A program made the translations under genes and the position numbers. Under the pieces are notes generated by a model that did not search any database, was not told the origin of the DNA, and was given only the letters and a program-made list of their open reading frames with translations. A stretch of 64,000 nucleotides of DNA from Agathobacter rectalis (GTDB taxonomy: Bacteria > Actinomycetota > Coriobacteriia > Coriobacteriales > QAMH01): contig CAVAPV010000004.1 of assembly GCA_963590525.1 (NCBI GenBank), positions 1,465 to 65,464 of the forward strand. Reading direction: 5' to 3'. Shown one piece after another: positions 53,453-63,074 of this stretch (the first letter of the stretch is position 1; every line of letters starts with the position of its first letter).

Positions 53453-56400
53453 CTAGCTGTTCTCGACCATCTTCATGAGGACACCGGTCACGTACTCGAG
53501 TTTTTCCTCCTCGACGATACCCGTGTAATCCGTAGTCCAATGCCAACCGGTAGGAGCCACACCATCAAAGCCCATGATGGTCATCGCACGACATCCGGCT
53601 TCCATCGCAGGAGTGGCATCCGTATCACGCCAATCGAGGCGCTCGGCGCTCATCTCGACGCCGTCAAGCTCTTTGCTCGCCTTGCGCACGAGGCTTTGCA
53701 GACGACGATCGCTGCGGCGCGTCTTGTTAAGGCCCTCGTAATCGACAAAGCAGATATCGCCGGCACCGACACCCTCCAAGTTGATGATGAGGGCACCACG
53801 GAGGTCGCTTTTATGCAGCTCGAGGAAGTTGCGCATACCGCGGTTGCCCGCGCTTGATGCACCCAAGGCAACAAACCAGACCTCTTTGTCCAAGAGATCG
53901 GACTCGGTCATAGAGACAACGCTCTCGCGGATCTGAGCAGCGCGGGCACGGACAGCGGCATGGCTGTCTTGAGAGAGCTCCTCGTCAAAGTAGGCGCCGC
54001 CCTTCCAACCGTTGTCATCGTCATTCCAGCCGTCCTCAAAGCCGAGCTCCTCTTCTTTGTTCTTTTTGGAGCCAAACTTGCCAAACAAGCCGCCGACTTT
54101 ATCCATAAAGCCATGCATGCGGCCTGCAGGAGCATCGATCTGAACGTTGACGTTAGGAGCAAAACCGTTGAAGGCGTCGAGATCACTATCGTCAAACTCA
54201 CCTGCCGCCGGCTGGTTGAAATCGTTGGAGATAGACGGGAAAGCACCCGTCAAGCTGGGGAAGGAACTCGTTGCCGCAGGATTGACGTTTGCTGGCGCAT
54301 CCGCAACGGCAGGAAACTCTGTAGACAGCGACGGGTTGACCGCCGGGAAGGCACACGAAACGCTGGGATTGATAAGCGATGCGTTGGCTGCGGGGTCGCC
54401 CTTGGGAGCAAACGGATCAAAAGCCTGGGTTTGCTGCGGAGCCGCCTGAATGGTGTCTTGGTAAGTAGACGACACTGCTGCAGCCTGTCGCGACTGGGCG
54501 AGCATGTCTGCAGCATCCGCATGGCGACCTCCCACCTTGGTAGGTTCGAAATCGTCGCTCACACGGCGAGCCGTAGGCTTTGTGTTGCGCTTGGGCTGGG
54601 CAGCCTTTGCAGCTGCCTTGGCGGCTTTGGCCTCCTCACGGCGCGTCTGCAACGCCTTGAAACTACCGGTAAGCCCTGCGGCCAGGCCAACAGGCTGCTC
54701 ATCAGCGGCCTCTTGAGCAGAAGCGCTGTCATCATCAGCGGCATCGTGGTCTTGCGACAAAAACGCATCGCCAGAATCGACAGCAGCATAGGTGGCAAAG
54801 GCATTGGCAGCATCGTCACCGATGACAGGGATGCGACCGGTAAGGCCAAGACGACCTGTGCCGGTCTTGGCAGGCTCTGCATCGTCATCATGAGCAGCAG
54901 TCATAGAATCTGGGTCGATGTCGTCAACGCTGGCATCGGCAAGCTCGCCCTTGAAGGCAGCGATGGAGATGACGTTGTCAAAAGCAGGCTCGGCAGAAGC
55001 GACGGGGGCATCTGAAGGCTGCTCGTCTGCTAGCGCATCATCGGTTTGGGCGGAATCGGCGGCGATGTCTTCTTGAACATCACAAGAAGCAGGCTCATCG
55101 TTGGCGGCAGCTTGGGCGGATTGAGTTGCAGACGGAACATCCTGCGGGTCAACGCCCAGATCGACCAAGATATCGTCGACAGAGCGGTTTTGGATGGCCT
55201 CGATCATGGCCTTGCCCTCGTCGGGATCCTGGACAGGCTGAGCAGCCGCCTGGCGCTTGGCTTGCAACGCACGAGCCTGCTCGCGAGTCGCGGGCATGTT
55301 GGCGTACTGCGAGCGCACGCCCTCCTGAGCGGCCTCGCCTTCTTGTTCTGCTGTATCAGCCTCGGATGCAGCGGCCTTGGCCTTGGCAGCGGTGTACCAA
55401 GAGGGCAGCGCAGAGGCTGTGGCTTTGGCCTGCGGCTTTGCGACAGACGCAGCAGGAACAACGGGTGTGGCGGCATCGGCGGCAGCTACGGCAGCCTGAG
55501 CTGCGGCATCAACGGCAGCGGCAGCGGGTGCAGCCTCGGCCTCGGCAGCCTGCTCTGTCGCAGGAGCGCAGGCAACAACAGCCGCACTGTCGGCATCCGC
55601 GGCTACGTCAGCGCCATCGACCTCGTCGGCTTGCACGACACCCATTGCAGGGAAGGCAACCGTCTCTCCGGCAGCAGCATTTGCAGCGGCATCTGCAAAG
55701 ACATCGTCTTCGTAGACGATCTGGGCGCCCTCGGGTATGACATCGGCACCTTGGGCTTCTTCAAGGCCGTGGATAACCGGCTCGGCAGACTCTGCATCAA
55801 AAGTGCCGGCAGATTGCTCGGGCAAGAAAGTCTCAACGGGAATCTCGTTGCCATCCTCGTCATAGAGAGGTTCTTCTTGAACGCCCTTGGCATAGCGCTC
55901 GCGCTCGGCCGGGTCCATAAGGCGACGGGCAAGACCCAAGAGCACAGCAAGCGAAGACGCATTGTCGTTTGCGCCGCTCACGTAAGGCATAAAGCGGTTG
56001 ACGACGATGCAGACAGTGCAGACAAACAAGAATGCGCTGATCACCAAGCTGGCGATCCACAGGCCAAAATCGACCGTATCGGGCCAGGGAAGCGGCAGCA
56101 TGCGCACCACAAAGAGCGCGGCCATGGCGATCATGCAGTAGTAGATGCCCTTCTTGAGAACGGGCATGATGTTGACCAGAGCGGGCATGGCCTCGGGCTG
56201 CGCGCGCACGGTATCCACATGCGCGACGACGATGATCTTGCGACGGCGACGCTCGCGCGCTACAGAGCTGGGCACATAGCGAGCAACAACGTTTTGGGAG
56301 ACGCCGCGGGTGAGCGCCTTGGACAAGATGGGGTGGCCGAGCCTCTCGGTAAAGTAAAAGACCATCGAAGCCACAACCAAAAGCAGGCCAAGAGCGTAAA

Positions 56401-56653
56401 ACGTGGTGGACAAACCCGGCACGAACTTTCCAAATCCTGAGAGAACGGTGCCGCAGATAACCAAAAGAAAGCTCAGTGCATACGGCCAGCGCACGCCCGT
56501 GGGCGTGGCAAACTCGTCGATGCCAACCTCGAGGCCCGCCTCTTGCAGGTTCTTCGCAACGTAAAGGGAGGCTTGGTTTTCTTCCTCTGTACTAACAGGG
56601 CGAGGACCGATGTCATCGGCCAGCGCCTGAACATGTTCCATGAGTTCGGCCAT
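53453..56653 (-). CDS. M28-family metallopeptidase-like membrane protein interrupted by TM helices and a very long low-complexity Ala/Asp/Gln-rich region
   Basis: N-terminal ..IIVVAHVDTV.. and ..SGANDNASSLAVLLGLAR... C-terminal ..VWFVALGASSAGNRGMRNF..IINLEGVG... Between them lie four or so TM helices and several hundred low-complexity residues. Confidence 0.65.
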   Translation of the reverse strand: MAELMEHVQALADDIGPRPVSTEEENQASLYVAKNLQEAGLEVGIDEFATPTGVRWPYALSFLLVICGTVLSGFGKFVPGLSTTFYALGLLLVVASMVFYFTERLGHPILSKALTRGVSQNVVARYVPSSVARERRRRKIIVVAHVDTVRAQPEAMPALVNIMPVLKKGIYYCMIAMAALFVVRMLPLPWPDTVDFGLWIASLVISAFLFVCTVCIVVNRFMPYVSGANDNASSLAVLLGLARRLMDPAERERYAKGVQEEPLYDEDGNEIPVETFLPEQSAGTFDAESAEPVIHGLEEAQGADVIPEGAQIVYEDDVFADAAANAAAGETVAFPAMGVVQADEVDGADVAADADSAAVVACAPATEQAAEAEAAPAAAAVDAAAQAAVAAADAATPVVPAASVAKPQAKATASALPSWYTAAKAKAAASEADTAEQEGEAAQEGVRSQYANMPATREQARALQAKRQAAAQPVQDPDEGKAMIEAIQNRSVDDILVDLGVDPQDVPSATQSAQAAANDEPASCDVQEDIAADSAQTDDALADEQPSDAPVASAEPAFDNVISIAAFKGELADASVDDIDPDSMTAAHDDDAEPAKTGTGRLGLTGRIPVIGDDAANAFATYAAVDSGDAFLSQDHDAADDDSASAQEAADEQPVGLAAGLTGSFKALQTRREEAKAAKAAAKAAQPKRNTKPTARRVSDDFEPTKVGGRHADAADMLAQSRQAAAVSSTYQDTIQAAPQQTQAFDPFAPKGDPAANASLINPSVSCAFPAVNPSLSTEFPAVADAPANVNPAATSSFPSLTGAFPSISNDFNQPAAGEFDDSDLDAFNGFAPNVNVQIDAPAGRMHGFMDKVGGLFGKFGSKKNKEEELGFEDGWNDDDNGWKGGAYFDEELSQDSHAAVRARAAQIRESVVSMTESDLLDKEVWFVALGASSAGNRGMRNFLELHKSDLRGALIINLEGVGAGDICFVDYEGLNKTRRSDRRLQSLVRKASKELDGVEMSAERLDWRDTDATPAMEAGCRAMTIMGFDGVAPTGWHWTTDYTGIVEEEKLEYVTGVLMKMVENS

Positions 56654-56847
56654 AGAAAAGGCCCCTCCTCTGGGAATAGGGTATAAATCAGCTCATTTTA
56701 TCGTGGATGCTTTGATTGCGCCAATTTAGCAGGTCAACAAGCAGGTATCGGCATCACAACGCTCATAGCAAAACAGCGTCCTCTGATTCACCGGAGTGAT
56801 TTGCGCTTGCATTGGGAATACAAGCGCATCGCAGATTTGAGCTGTCT

Positions 56848-57627
56848 TTAATAGAGTGTGTAGCGACCTTGGTCGCGCACCAGCGTAACGGGCACGCCAA
56901 AGAGATCGCGCAGGTTTTGCGTGGTGAGCAGCTCCTCTTTTGGAGCATCGGCCACGATGTGGGCGTCCTTGAGAAAAACGACGCGATCGAACTCGGGCAT
57001 GATATCGGCTACATCGTGAGTGACCATGAGCAGCGTGTGACCGTTGTTTGCCAGCGCGCTAAAGGTTTGGCGCAGGTTCCAGATAGCCTCTGGGTCAAGG
57101 CCGATGCACGGCTCGTCAAACACGAGCACGTCGGGGGCGTTGATAAGCGCGCGCGCAACCAGGGCACGGCGGGCCTGACCGGTAGAAAGCGTGCTTAACG
57201 TACGGTCCGCCAAATGTTCGATTCCAACCTCGCGCAAGGCAGCACGGGCGCCTTCTATCTGCTCGGGCGTAGGCGTGATGTGATACGGGACACCGATAGT
57301 GCCAAAGTAGCCCCCTAGCGCAACCTCGAGTACACGCCTGTTGCCGGTGAACTGATCGGCGAAGCTTGTGGAGACAACGCCCACGGTCTGCTGGATGAGC
57401 CTTAGCTCGGCGCGGGGGTTGCCGCGAAACAGCACAGGCGGCTCCTCACGCCACAGAGGCATCATCTCTCGCGTGAGCAACTTGACGAGCGTGGATTTTC
57501 CCGAGCCGTTGGGACCCAAGACGACAACGCGCTCACCTTCTTGTATGACAAAGTCATCGACGTCCAAAATGATGTTGCCATCGCGTCTGACCTGCGCATT
57601 ATGAAGCCTGAGCAGCTCTTGTGTCAT
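56848..57627 (-). CDS. Orphan ABC-type ATP-binding protein (no adjacent permease)
   Basis: Walker A GPNGSGKSTL, signature LSTGQARRAL, Walker B VLVFDEPCIGLD. Confidence 0.8.
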   Translation of the reverse strand: MTQELLRLHNAQVRRDGNIILDVDDFVIQEGERVVVLGPNGSGKSTLVKLLTREMMPLWREEPPVLFRGNPRAELRLIQQTVGVVSTSFADQFTGNRRVLEVALGGYFGTIGVPYHITPTPEQIEGARAALREVGIEHLADRTLSTLSTGQARRALVARALINAPDVLVFDEPCIGLDPEAIWNLRQTFSALANNGHTLLMVTHDVADIMPEFDRVVFLKDAHIVADAPKEELLTTQNLRDLFGVPVTLVRDQGRYTLY

Positions 57628-57768
57628 TATCTTTCTCCTTGCAAATCGGGGCCGGTTGCCCGGCCCCTAGCGTTACTGTCTTCTATTGATTCACGTCCTG
57701 CCGAGCCAACGCGCACTTGGTTACGCGCTGCTGTGCTCGAGCACCTGCGCCCTACGTTCCCCTCGAGT

Positions 57769-57879
57769 GCTATGGGGGAGTAGAGTGCGTGCGATGGGGC
57801 CGAAAGCACGACCGACGCGTACTTAGTTACGCGAGGTCGTGCATGAGGGCCCAGCGTGCGTGCTCTACTTCCCCATAGC
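57769..57879 (-). other. Extended ~111-nt hairpin that starts inside the last codons of typA
   Basis: Minus strand outer arms are GCUAUGGGGAAGUAGAG (57879-57863, which includes the typA stop) and CUCUACUCCCCCAUAGC (57785-57769), pairing 16 of 17. Inner helices are GGGCC/GGCCC, CACGACC/GGUCGUG and CGCGUA-acuaag-UACGCG. Confidence 0.55.
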
Positions 57880-59688
57880 GCGGGCACGCTCTTTCTTGCG
57901 GCCAATCTTATCGAGCGTGCGCTTGCGCAAACGGATGGATTTGGGCGTGATCTCGACGAGCTCGTCGTCTTGGATGTACTCGAGGGCTTCTTCGAGGGTG
58001 AAGACAACGGGCGGGGTGAGCAGGATGGCTTTATCTGCCGTAGAGGAGCGCTGGTTGCCGAGCTGCTTGGTCTTGGAGACGTTGACGTCCATATCGCCTT
58101 CTTTGGCGCACTCGCCAACGATCATGCCCTCGTAGCACTCGTCGCCGGGAGCGACGAACATGGTGCCGCGCTGCTGCAGCGTGTCGAGCGCGTAGGCGAC
58201 GGCTTTATCGGTTGCCATGGCAACCATGACGCCGTTCTTGCGGCCGGTGACTTGGCCGGAGACGGGGCCGTACTCTGCAAAGCGGTGGCTGAAGATGGCC
58301 TCGCCGTGAGAGACGTTGAGGACCTTGGTGCGCAGGCCCATGACGCCGCGCGTGGGAATCTTGAAGCGCAGCGTAGTACGGTCGCCAAAGGTGGTCATGT
58401 CCACCATGGTGCCGCCGTTGAAGCCAAAGACCTCGATGACCTTGCCGGCGTACTCGCTGGGGGTCTCGACGGCTGCGTCCTCAATGGGCTCCATCTTGGT
58501 GCCGTTGATGTTCTTGAAAAGGACCTTGGGGGTGCCCACTTGGAACTCGAAGCCCTCACGACGCATGGTCTCCATCAAGACGGAAAGGTGCAGGATGCCG
58601 CGGCCGGCAACTTCCACACCGGACTTGTCCTCAAGCTCCTTGATGCGCATGGAGATGTTGGACTCGCCCTCTTTGAGCAGGCGCTCTTTGAGCTGGCGAG
58701 CACCGACGATATCGCCCTCGCGGCCAACAAGCGGAGAGGAGGACGCCTCGAAGACGACGGACAGCGTAGGCTCCTCGACCTCGATGGGCTCCATCTCGAC
58801 CGGGTTTTCGATATCGGTCACGACGTCTCCGATGTCTGCATCGTCAACACCGGTGACGGCGATGATGTCGCCGGCAAAGGCCTCGGTTGCCTCCTGGCGG
58901 CCCAAAGCCTCAAAGGTGTAGAGCTGCTTGATGGTGGTCTCGTAGCGGTCTTGACCGTTGTTCTTGATGACGAGGACCTTGTCACCCGTGGCGATCTTGC
59001 CGCTGTAGAGGCGACCGGTGCCGATGCGGCCCACGTACTCGCTGTGATCGACCGTGCAGATCTGCATGGCAACGGGACCCTCGGGATCGACATCGGGGGC
59101 GGGGATGTTCTCCAAGATGGCGTCGAGCAAAGGCAGCATGTCCATGTTGTCGTCGTCGACCTCGGTGCGTGCGTAGCCGTTGACAGCAGATGCGTAGATC
59201 ACAGGGAAGTCAAGCTGCTCGTCGGTAGCGCCCAGATCCATCATCAGCTCGAAGACCTCGTCTACGACCTCGTCGGGGCGGGCGCCGGGACGGTCGATCT
59301 TGTTGACGACGACCATGGGGCTCAATCCGCAGGCCAGCGCATGCTTGAGAACAAAACGGGTCTGGGGCATGGCGCCCTCAAAGGCGTCGACCAAAAGCAA
59401 AGCGCCGTCTGCCATCTTCAAAACGCGCTCGACCTCGCCGCCAAAATCGGCATGGCCCGGAGTGTCGATGACGTTGATCTTGACGTCCTTGTAGCGGATG
59501 GAGATGTTCTTGGAGAGAATCGTGATGCCGCGCTCGCGCTCTTGATCGTTGGAATCGAGCACACGCTCTTCTACCTGCTGGTTCTCACGAAACACGCCAG
59601 CCTGCTTGAGCAGCTGGTCGACCATGGTCGTCTTGCCGTGGTCAACGTGCGCGATGATTGCGATGTTGCGAATATTCTCCTGAATCAT
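57865..59688 (-). CDS. typA: Translational GTPase TypA/BipA
   Basis: [44 protein letters not shown]... Start ATG 59688 (AAAGGGA RBS), within track ORF 57865..59727. Confidence 0.95.
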   Translation of the reverse strand: MIQENIRNIAIIAHVDHGKTTMVDQLLKQAGVFRENQQVEERVLDSNDQERERGITILSKNISIRYKDVKINVIDTPGHADFGGEVERVLKMADGALLLVDAFEGAMPQTRFVLKHALACGLSPMVVVNKIDRPGARPDEVVDEVFELMMDLGATDEQLDFPVIYASAVNGYARTEVDDDNMDMLPLLDAILENIPAPDVDPEGPVAMQICTVDHSEYVGRIGTGRLYSGKIATGDKVLVIKNNGQDRYETTIKQLYTFEALGRQEATEAFAGDIIAVTGVDDADIGDVVTDIENPVEMEPIEVEEPTLSVVFEASSSPLVGREGDIVGARQLKERLLKEGESNISMRIKELEDKSGVEVAGRGILHLSVLMETMRREGFEFQVGTPKVLFKNINGTKMEPIEDAAVETPSEYAGKVIEVFGFNGGTMVDMTTFGDRTTLRFKIPTRGVMGLRTKVLNVSHGEAIFSHRFAEYGPVSGQVTGRKNGVMVAMATDKAVAYALDTLQQRGTMFVAPGDECYEGMIVGECAKEGDMDVNVSKTKQLGNQRSSTADKAILLTPPVVFTLEEALEYIQDDELVEITPKSIRLRKRTLDKIGRKKERARAMGK

Positions 59689-59994
59689 TCCCTTTGTCCT
59701 TAACCGTTGATAATCATGTCTATACATTTGGCCGCGCTGGTTTTGCGATTATGCGCAACGACAGTGCGCAGGCGTCTCAGTCGAAACATCTAGCAGCAAC
59801 CACAACCGGTTTGCGGCTAGACCTTTCGACTTTGCCCGCTTGCTCTTAGCGTTTGGCATGCTGTTGCAAAATCCCGTGCGACCTAGCAAAGTCCTCGTGA
59901 AAAGACAAGCGTTAAGGATACCACGCGCAGACAAACTGTGCCGCATGCGCCAGAAACTCCCAGTAAGCGGGCGATAAAATGCAGCCGTTTTTGC

Positions 59995-60023
59995 TTGCAT
60001 TTAGAACAAATGTTCTGTATTAT
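59995..60023 (+). promoter_or_regulatory. Sigma-70-type promoter with an embedded Cheo-type LexA (SOS) box
   Basis: -35 TTGCAT (59995-60000), 17-nt spacer, -10 TATTAT (60018-60023). The spacer contains AGAAC-AAAT-GTTCT (GAAC 60004-60007, GTTC 60012-60015). ATG of the downstream gene is at 60056. Confidence 0.65.
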
Positions 60024-60055
60024 CTTGGCTCCGCCTTTAGCAATTTGGAGCACAG

Positions 60056-62173
60056 ATGAGCACGACAACACGCAAGACAAACGCAGCAGAACGTCAGATA
60101 AAGCTCGCGCTCTACGTTAAAGCGCACGGCCCCGTCACGCGCTTCCAGATCCAAACAGCTCTTGCCGATTATGCGCCCACTGCCAAAAGAGATGCCGCCG
60201 CACGCAAACGCGCGGAGGCGTCGTCGCGCAGGCGCTTTGAAAGAGACAAGGCTGCTTTGGCGGATGCCGGCATCATATTAGATGCAAACAGCAACGGCTT
60301 GTACTGCATCCTACCCGCAGACAACAAAGACCTAAACGCATTAGAAACAGGCAGCACGCAGGCATCCTTTTTGCGCGTCGCCTGCACCGCTTTGCTCCAA
60401 GACCCAGATTTCTCGGATGGTGCAACCCTAAGACAAGCGATGGCAAAGCTCAGCGACCAACTTGAGATTCCAGATGCGCTGCCCTGGGCAGACCAAGACG
60501 CAATGGACGCTCTCAGGCCCAGCACCGTACCAGAGCAGGGCACCCGGCACAAAGCTAGATGCGCCCTTGCAACCAGCAAGCTGTTGAGCTTTGAATACGC
60601 AGACGCCAGCGGCAAAGTCACCCAAAGAGAGGTAGAGCCCATAGGCTTCTACACGGCAAACGGCCACGAGTACTTGGCGGCATGGGACAGATCCAAGCAG
60701 GCCCGCCGACGTTTTAGGCTCGACAGGATGGGGCATGTCAAAGTCAACGAAAGCGGCCGAGGCAAACAAGACTTTGATCCGCATGAGTTTGATCCAGCGC
60801 AATGGCAGGTTCTGGATTTTCAGATAGGCGACAACGCAATCCAAGCGGTCGTGCGCATATCCCCCTGCGCTCTTTGGCAGGCACGCAATCTATGCAGTGC
60901 ATACGGCAAGATAGCCAAAGAGCCTATCGGCACAGAAACATGGCAGGTAACCTGCGCAGATGTCAAGAAACTTGCGTCTTGGTGCATCGCCAACGGGCCG
61001 GGGCTTGTACCCATCCACCCCCAAGAAGCGGCGGATGCCTATAGGCAGCTCGTAGACGAAGCATCGCTGTGGGCTGCAAACAACGGCGATGGAGACAACG
61101 CCGGCACGCAAACAGAGCAGGCGGATGCAGGCATGCATCTCGCGGGACAAGCTGCTGCAGTTGGTGGTCAAGAAGAGCAGGCAGAGCTCTTTATATATGA
61201 CGAGTCCCAAGAAGCGCAGATACAAGAGAGCCCGCTTGCCCTGGAGCTTGCAGGCTGGGCAGACGAGCTGGCGGCAAAGTATCTTGCAGCAGACGCAAAG
61301 GACGCGAGCTTGGGCAACCAGACGCTTGGAGACGATTCCCTCCTCTTTGCAGTGCTTGCGCTGCTGGAGCAAGCAGGCGCCGTCTCCATCCCTCAGGCAG
61401 CCCAGTTCTTAGACGTGAGCGAGTCCAAGGTCTACAAAGCGCTCGAATCCCTCGCCTTTTGCTACGACGCTGCATGCGACACACGCATAACACTTGGGGA
61501 TGCGGGATGCGCATATGCGTCGCTCGACCAGACCACAGGCTTGCGGCCTTCTTTGACCAAGGCAGAACTAGAGGCTTTAGCAAAGGCGGCAGAGACCTTC
61601 ACATCGGGCTCAATAGTCCGAGCCGTATCGGCAGCATGCCTGCAAGAGCAAGACACGTGCATTCAAATCGATTACTGGAAAGAAGGATCCCCTGCCCCTC
61701 AGCCGCGCGCTATCAACCCGCAAACCATCGTCGTGCGCGACGGACACGCTTATCTGCAGGCATGGTGCTACAGCGCGCAAGCTCAGCGCTTGTTTAGATT
61801 GGACCGGATTATCTCCGTCTGCGATGCAGACGAGATCAAGAGCATAGGCGGCGGGCAAACAAGCGCCCTGCAGGGCAAAGCGCATCGTCAAAGCTCCAGC
61901 GCGGGGCATGCAAACATCACGACGCAGATCAAAGCGCGCGTGGCCTTTGCAGACGGAGTTCCTATTCCATCATGGCCAAGGATCTCCAAACCCAAGAAGC
62001 CCTCAGCAGATGGAGTTGCCTACTACATCGTCCCATGGTTTGGGAGCCTTTGGTTGCCCAAGCAGCTGGCAAGCTACGGCGCAAGCATCACGCGCATTGA
62101 CCCTCATGAGCTTGCGCAAGCAACAGGTGATTATGCCTTGAGTCTCAAAGAGCAGGAGGGCGCAGGGCAATAA
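60056..62173 (+). CDS. Fused double HTH-WYL transcriptional regulator (PafB-PafC-like in a single polypeptide)
   Basis: Two WYL modules: ..LSFEYADASGKVTQREVEPIGFYTANGHEYLAAWDRSKQARRRFRLDRM.. and ..IQIDYWKEGSPAPQPRAINPQTIVVRDGHAYLQAWCYSAQAQRLFRLDRI... The N-terminus is HTH-like (..ERQIKLALYVKAHGPVTRFQIQTAL..). Confidence 0.75.
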   Translation: MSTTTRKTNAAERQIKLALYVKAHGPVTRFQIQTALADYAPTAKRDAAARKRAEASSRRRFERDKAALADAGIILDANSNGLYCILPADNKDLNALETGSTQASFLRVACTALLQDPDFSDGATLRQAMAKLSDQLEIPDALPWADQDAMDALRPSTVPEQGTRHKARCALATSKLLSFEYADASGKVTQREVEPIGFYTANGHEYLAAWDRSKQARRRFRLDRMGHVKVNESGRGKQDFDPHEFDPAQWQVLDFQIGDNAIQAVVRISPCALWQARNLCSAYGKIAKEPIGTETWQVTCADVKKLASWCIANGPGLVPIHPQEAADAYRQLVDEASLWAANNGDGDNAGTQTEQADAGMHLAGQAAAVGGQEEQAELFIYDESQEAQIQESPLALELAGWADELAAKYLAADAKDASLGNQTLGDDSLLFAVLALLEQAGAVSIPQAAQFLDVSESKVYKALESLAFCYDAACDTRITLGDAGCAYASLDQTTGLRPSLTKAELEALAKAAETFTSGSIVRAVSAACLQEQDTCIQIDYWKEGSPAPQPRAINPQTIVVRDGHAYLQAWCYSAQAQRLFRLDRIISVCDADEIKSIGGGQTSALQGKAHRQSSSAGHANITTQIKARVAFADGVPIPSWPRISKPKKPSADGVAYYIVPWFGSLWLPKQLASYGASITRIDPHELAQATGDYALSLKEQEGAGQ

Positions 62174-62257
62174 GGCAACGCAGTCATCAGCTCTCTGCGA
62201 TGTTGCGCGACCTAGCGGGCGAGCAATGCTCGCTAGGTCACATGCGGCGGCGATTGC

Positions 62258-62962
62258 TTACTTGCTGGGATAAAACGGGCATTCTTCCTTGAGGCATTCC
62301 GCATTGCGATTAAAGAAGCCGCAGGTTACATCCTGCGGAAGCTCCATCTCGATGCCATGCAGCTCTTTGGCATAGGCCACGCCTTCCAAAATGGCCGTAA
62401 AGCCCGTGCGCTTGCAGCAGCGCGGGCCGCCCAGATCGGCCAACTTGCCCAGTACACGCGAAGTCAGACGTTGCGTCTGGGCCCAAGGCTCGCGGGTCAT
62501 GGGCGTGGAGCCACTCACGATGCTCCACCACTGGCCAGCGCTGGTCGCCGCGCCGCAGGTTCCCCAAAATCCGCAAGTTCCACCCGGCACTTGCAAAGAG
62601 CGTTTCTTGAGCTCGTCAAGCGCTTTGTCCAAATCGATATCCCCGCCAGCGTTCTTATACGCCGCCATAAGCGAAGCGCCAACCAGCGTGTGATGCTCTG
62701 GACCGTTGGGAAAGATCGACTTATCCGACATAAGCGCCTGCGCTATGCGGATGGGATTCTTGGAATCTGTCTTGCGGCAATAGTTCAAGATAAAATCGAC
62801 ACCTTGGCTGCGATGGCAGGCATCGCATACATAATGACCGGCCACGCAGATGGAATGACCCGTCTCTTGCTTGCCGCAGATATGACAGGTCACTTCCTGC
62901 GCTTGCTCAAAATATTCAAGCGGCTGGCCACACACCAAGCAAACCGCAATCCCGTTTGTCAT
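62258..62962 (-). CDS. Cys-rich DUF5714-like protein
   Basis: Start ATG 62962 follows GGGAGGA. CLVCGQPL...CHICGK...CVAGHYVCDAC.. N-terminal zinc-ribbon-like clusters, plus ..GGTCGFWGTCGA... Confidence 0.55.
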   Translation of the reverse strand: MTNGIAVCLVCGQPLEYFEQAQEVTCHICGKQETGHSICVAGHYVCDACHRSQGVDFILNYCRKTDSKNPIRIAQALMSDKSIFPNGPEHHTLVGASLMAAYKNAGGDIDLDKALDELKKRSLQVPGGTCGFWGTCGAATSAGQWWSIVSGSTPMTREPWAQTQRLTSRVLGKLADLGGPRCCKRTGFTAILEGVAYAKELHGIEMELPQDVTCGFFNRNAECLKEECPFYPSK

Positions 62963-63074
62963 GATTGTTCCTCCCTCTTCTTTATCAGCGCTCTTTAAGG
63001 CGCTACCAACTCTTTGATCTCTCCGCTTTCTAACGACCCAGCCAAAACCACCGCGAGGCACAGCAGCAAGCAGG

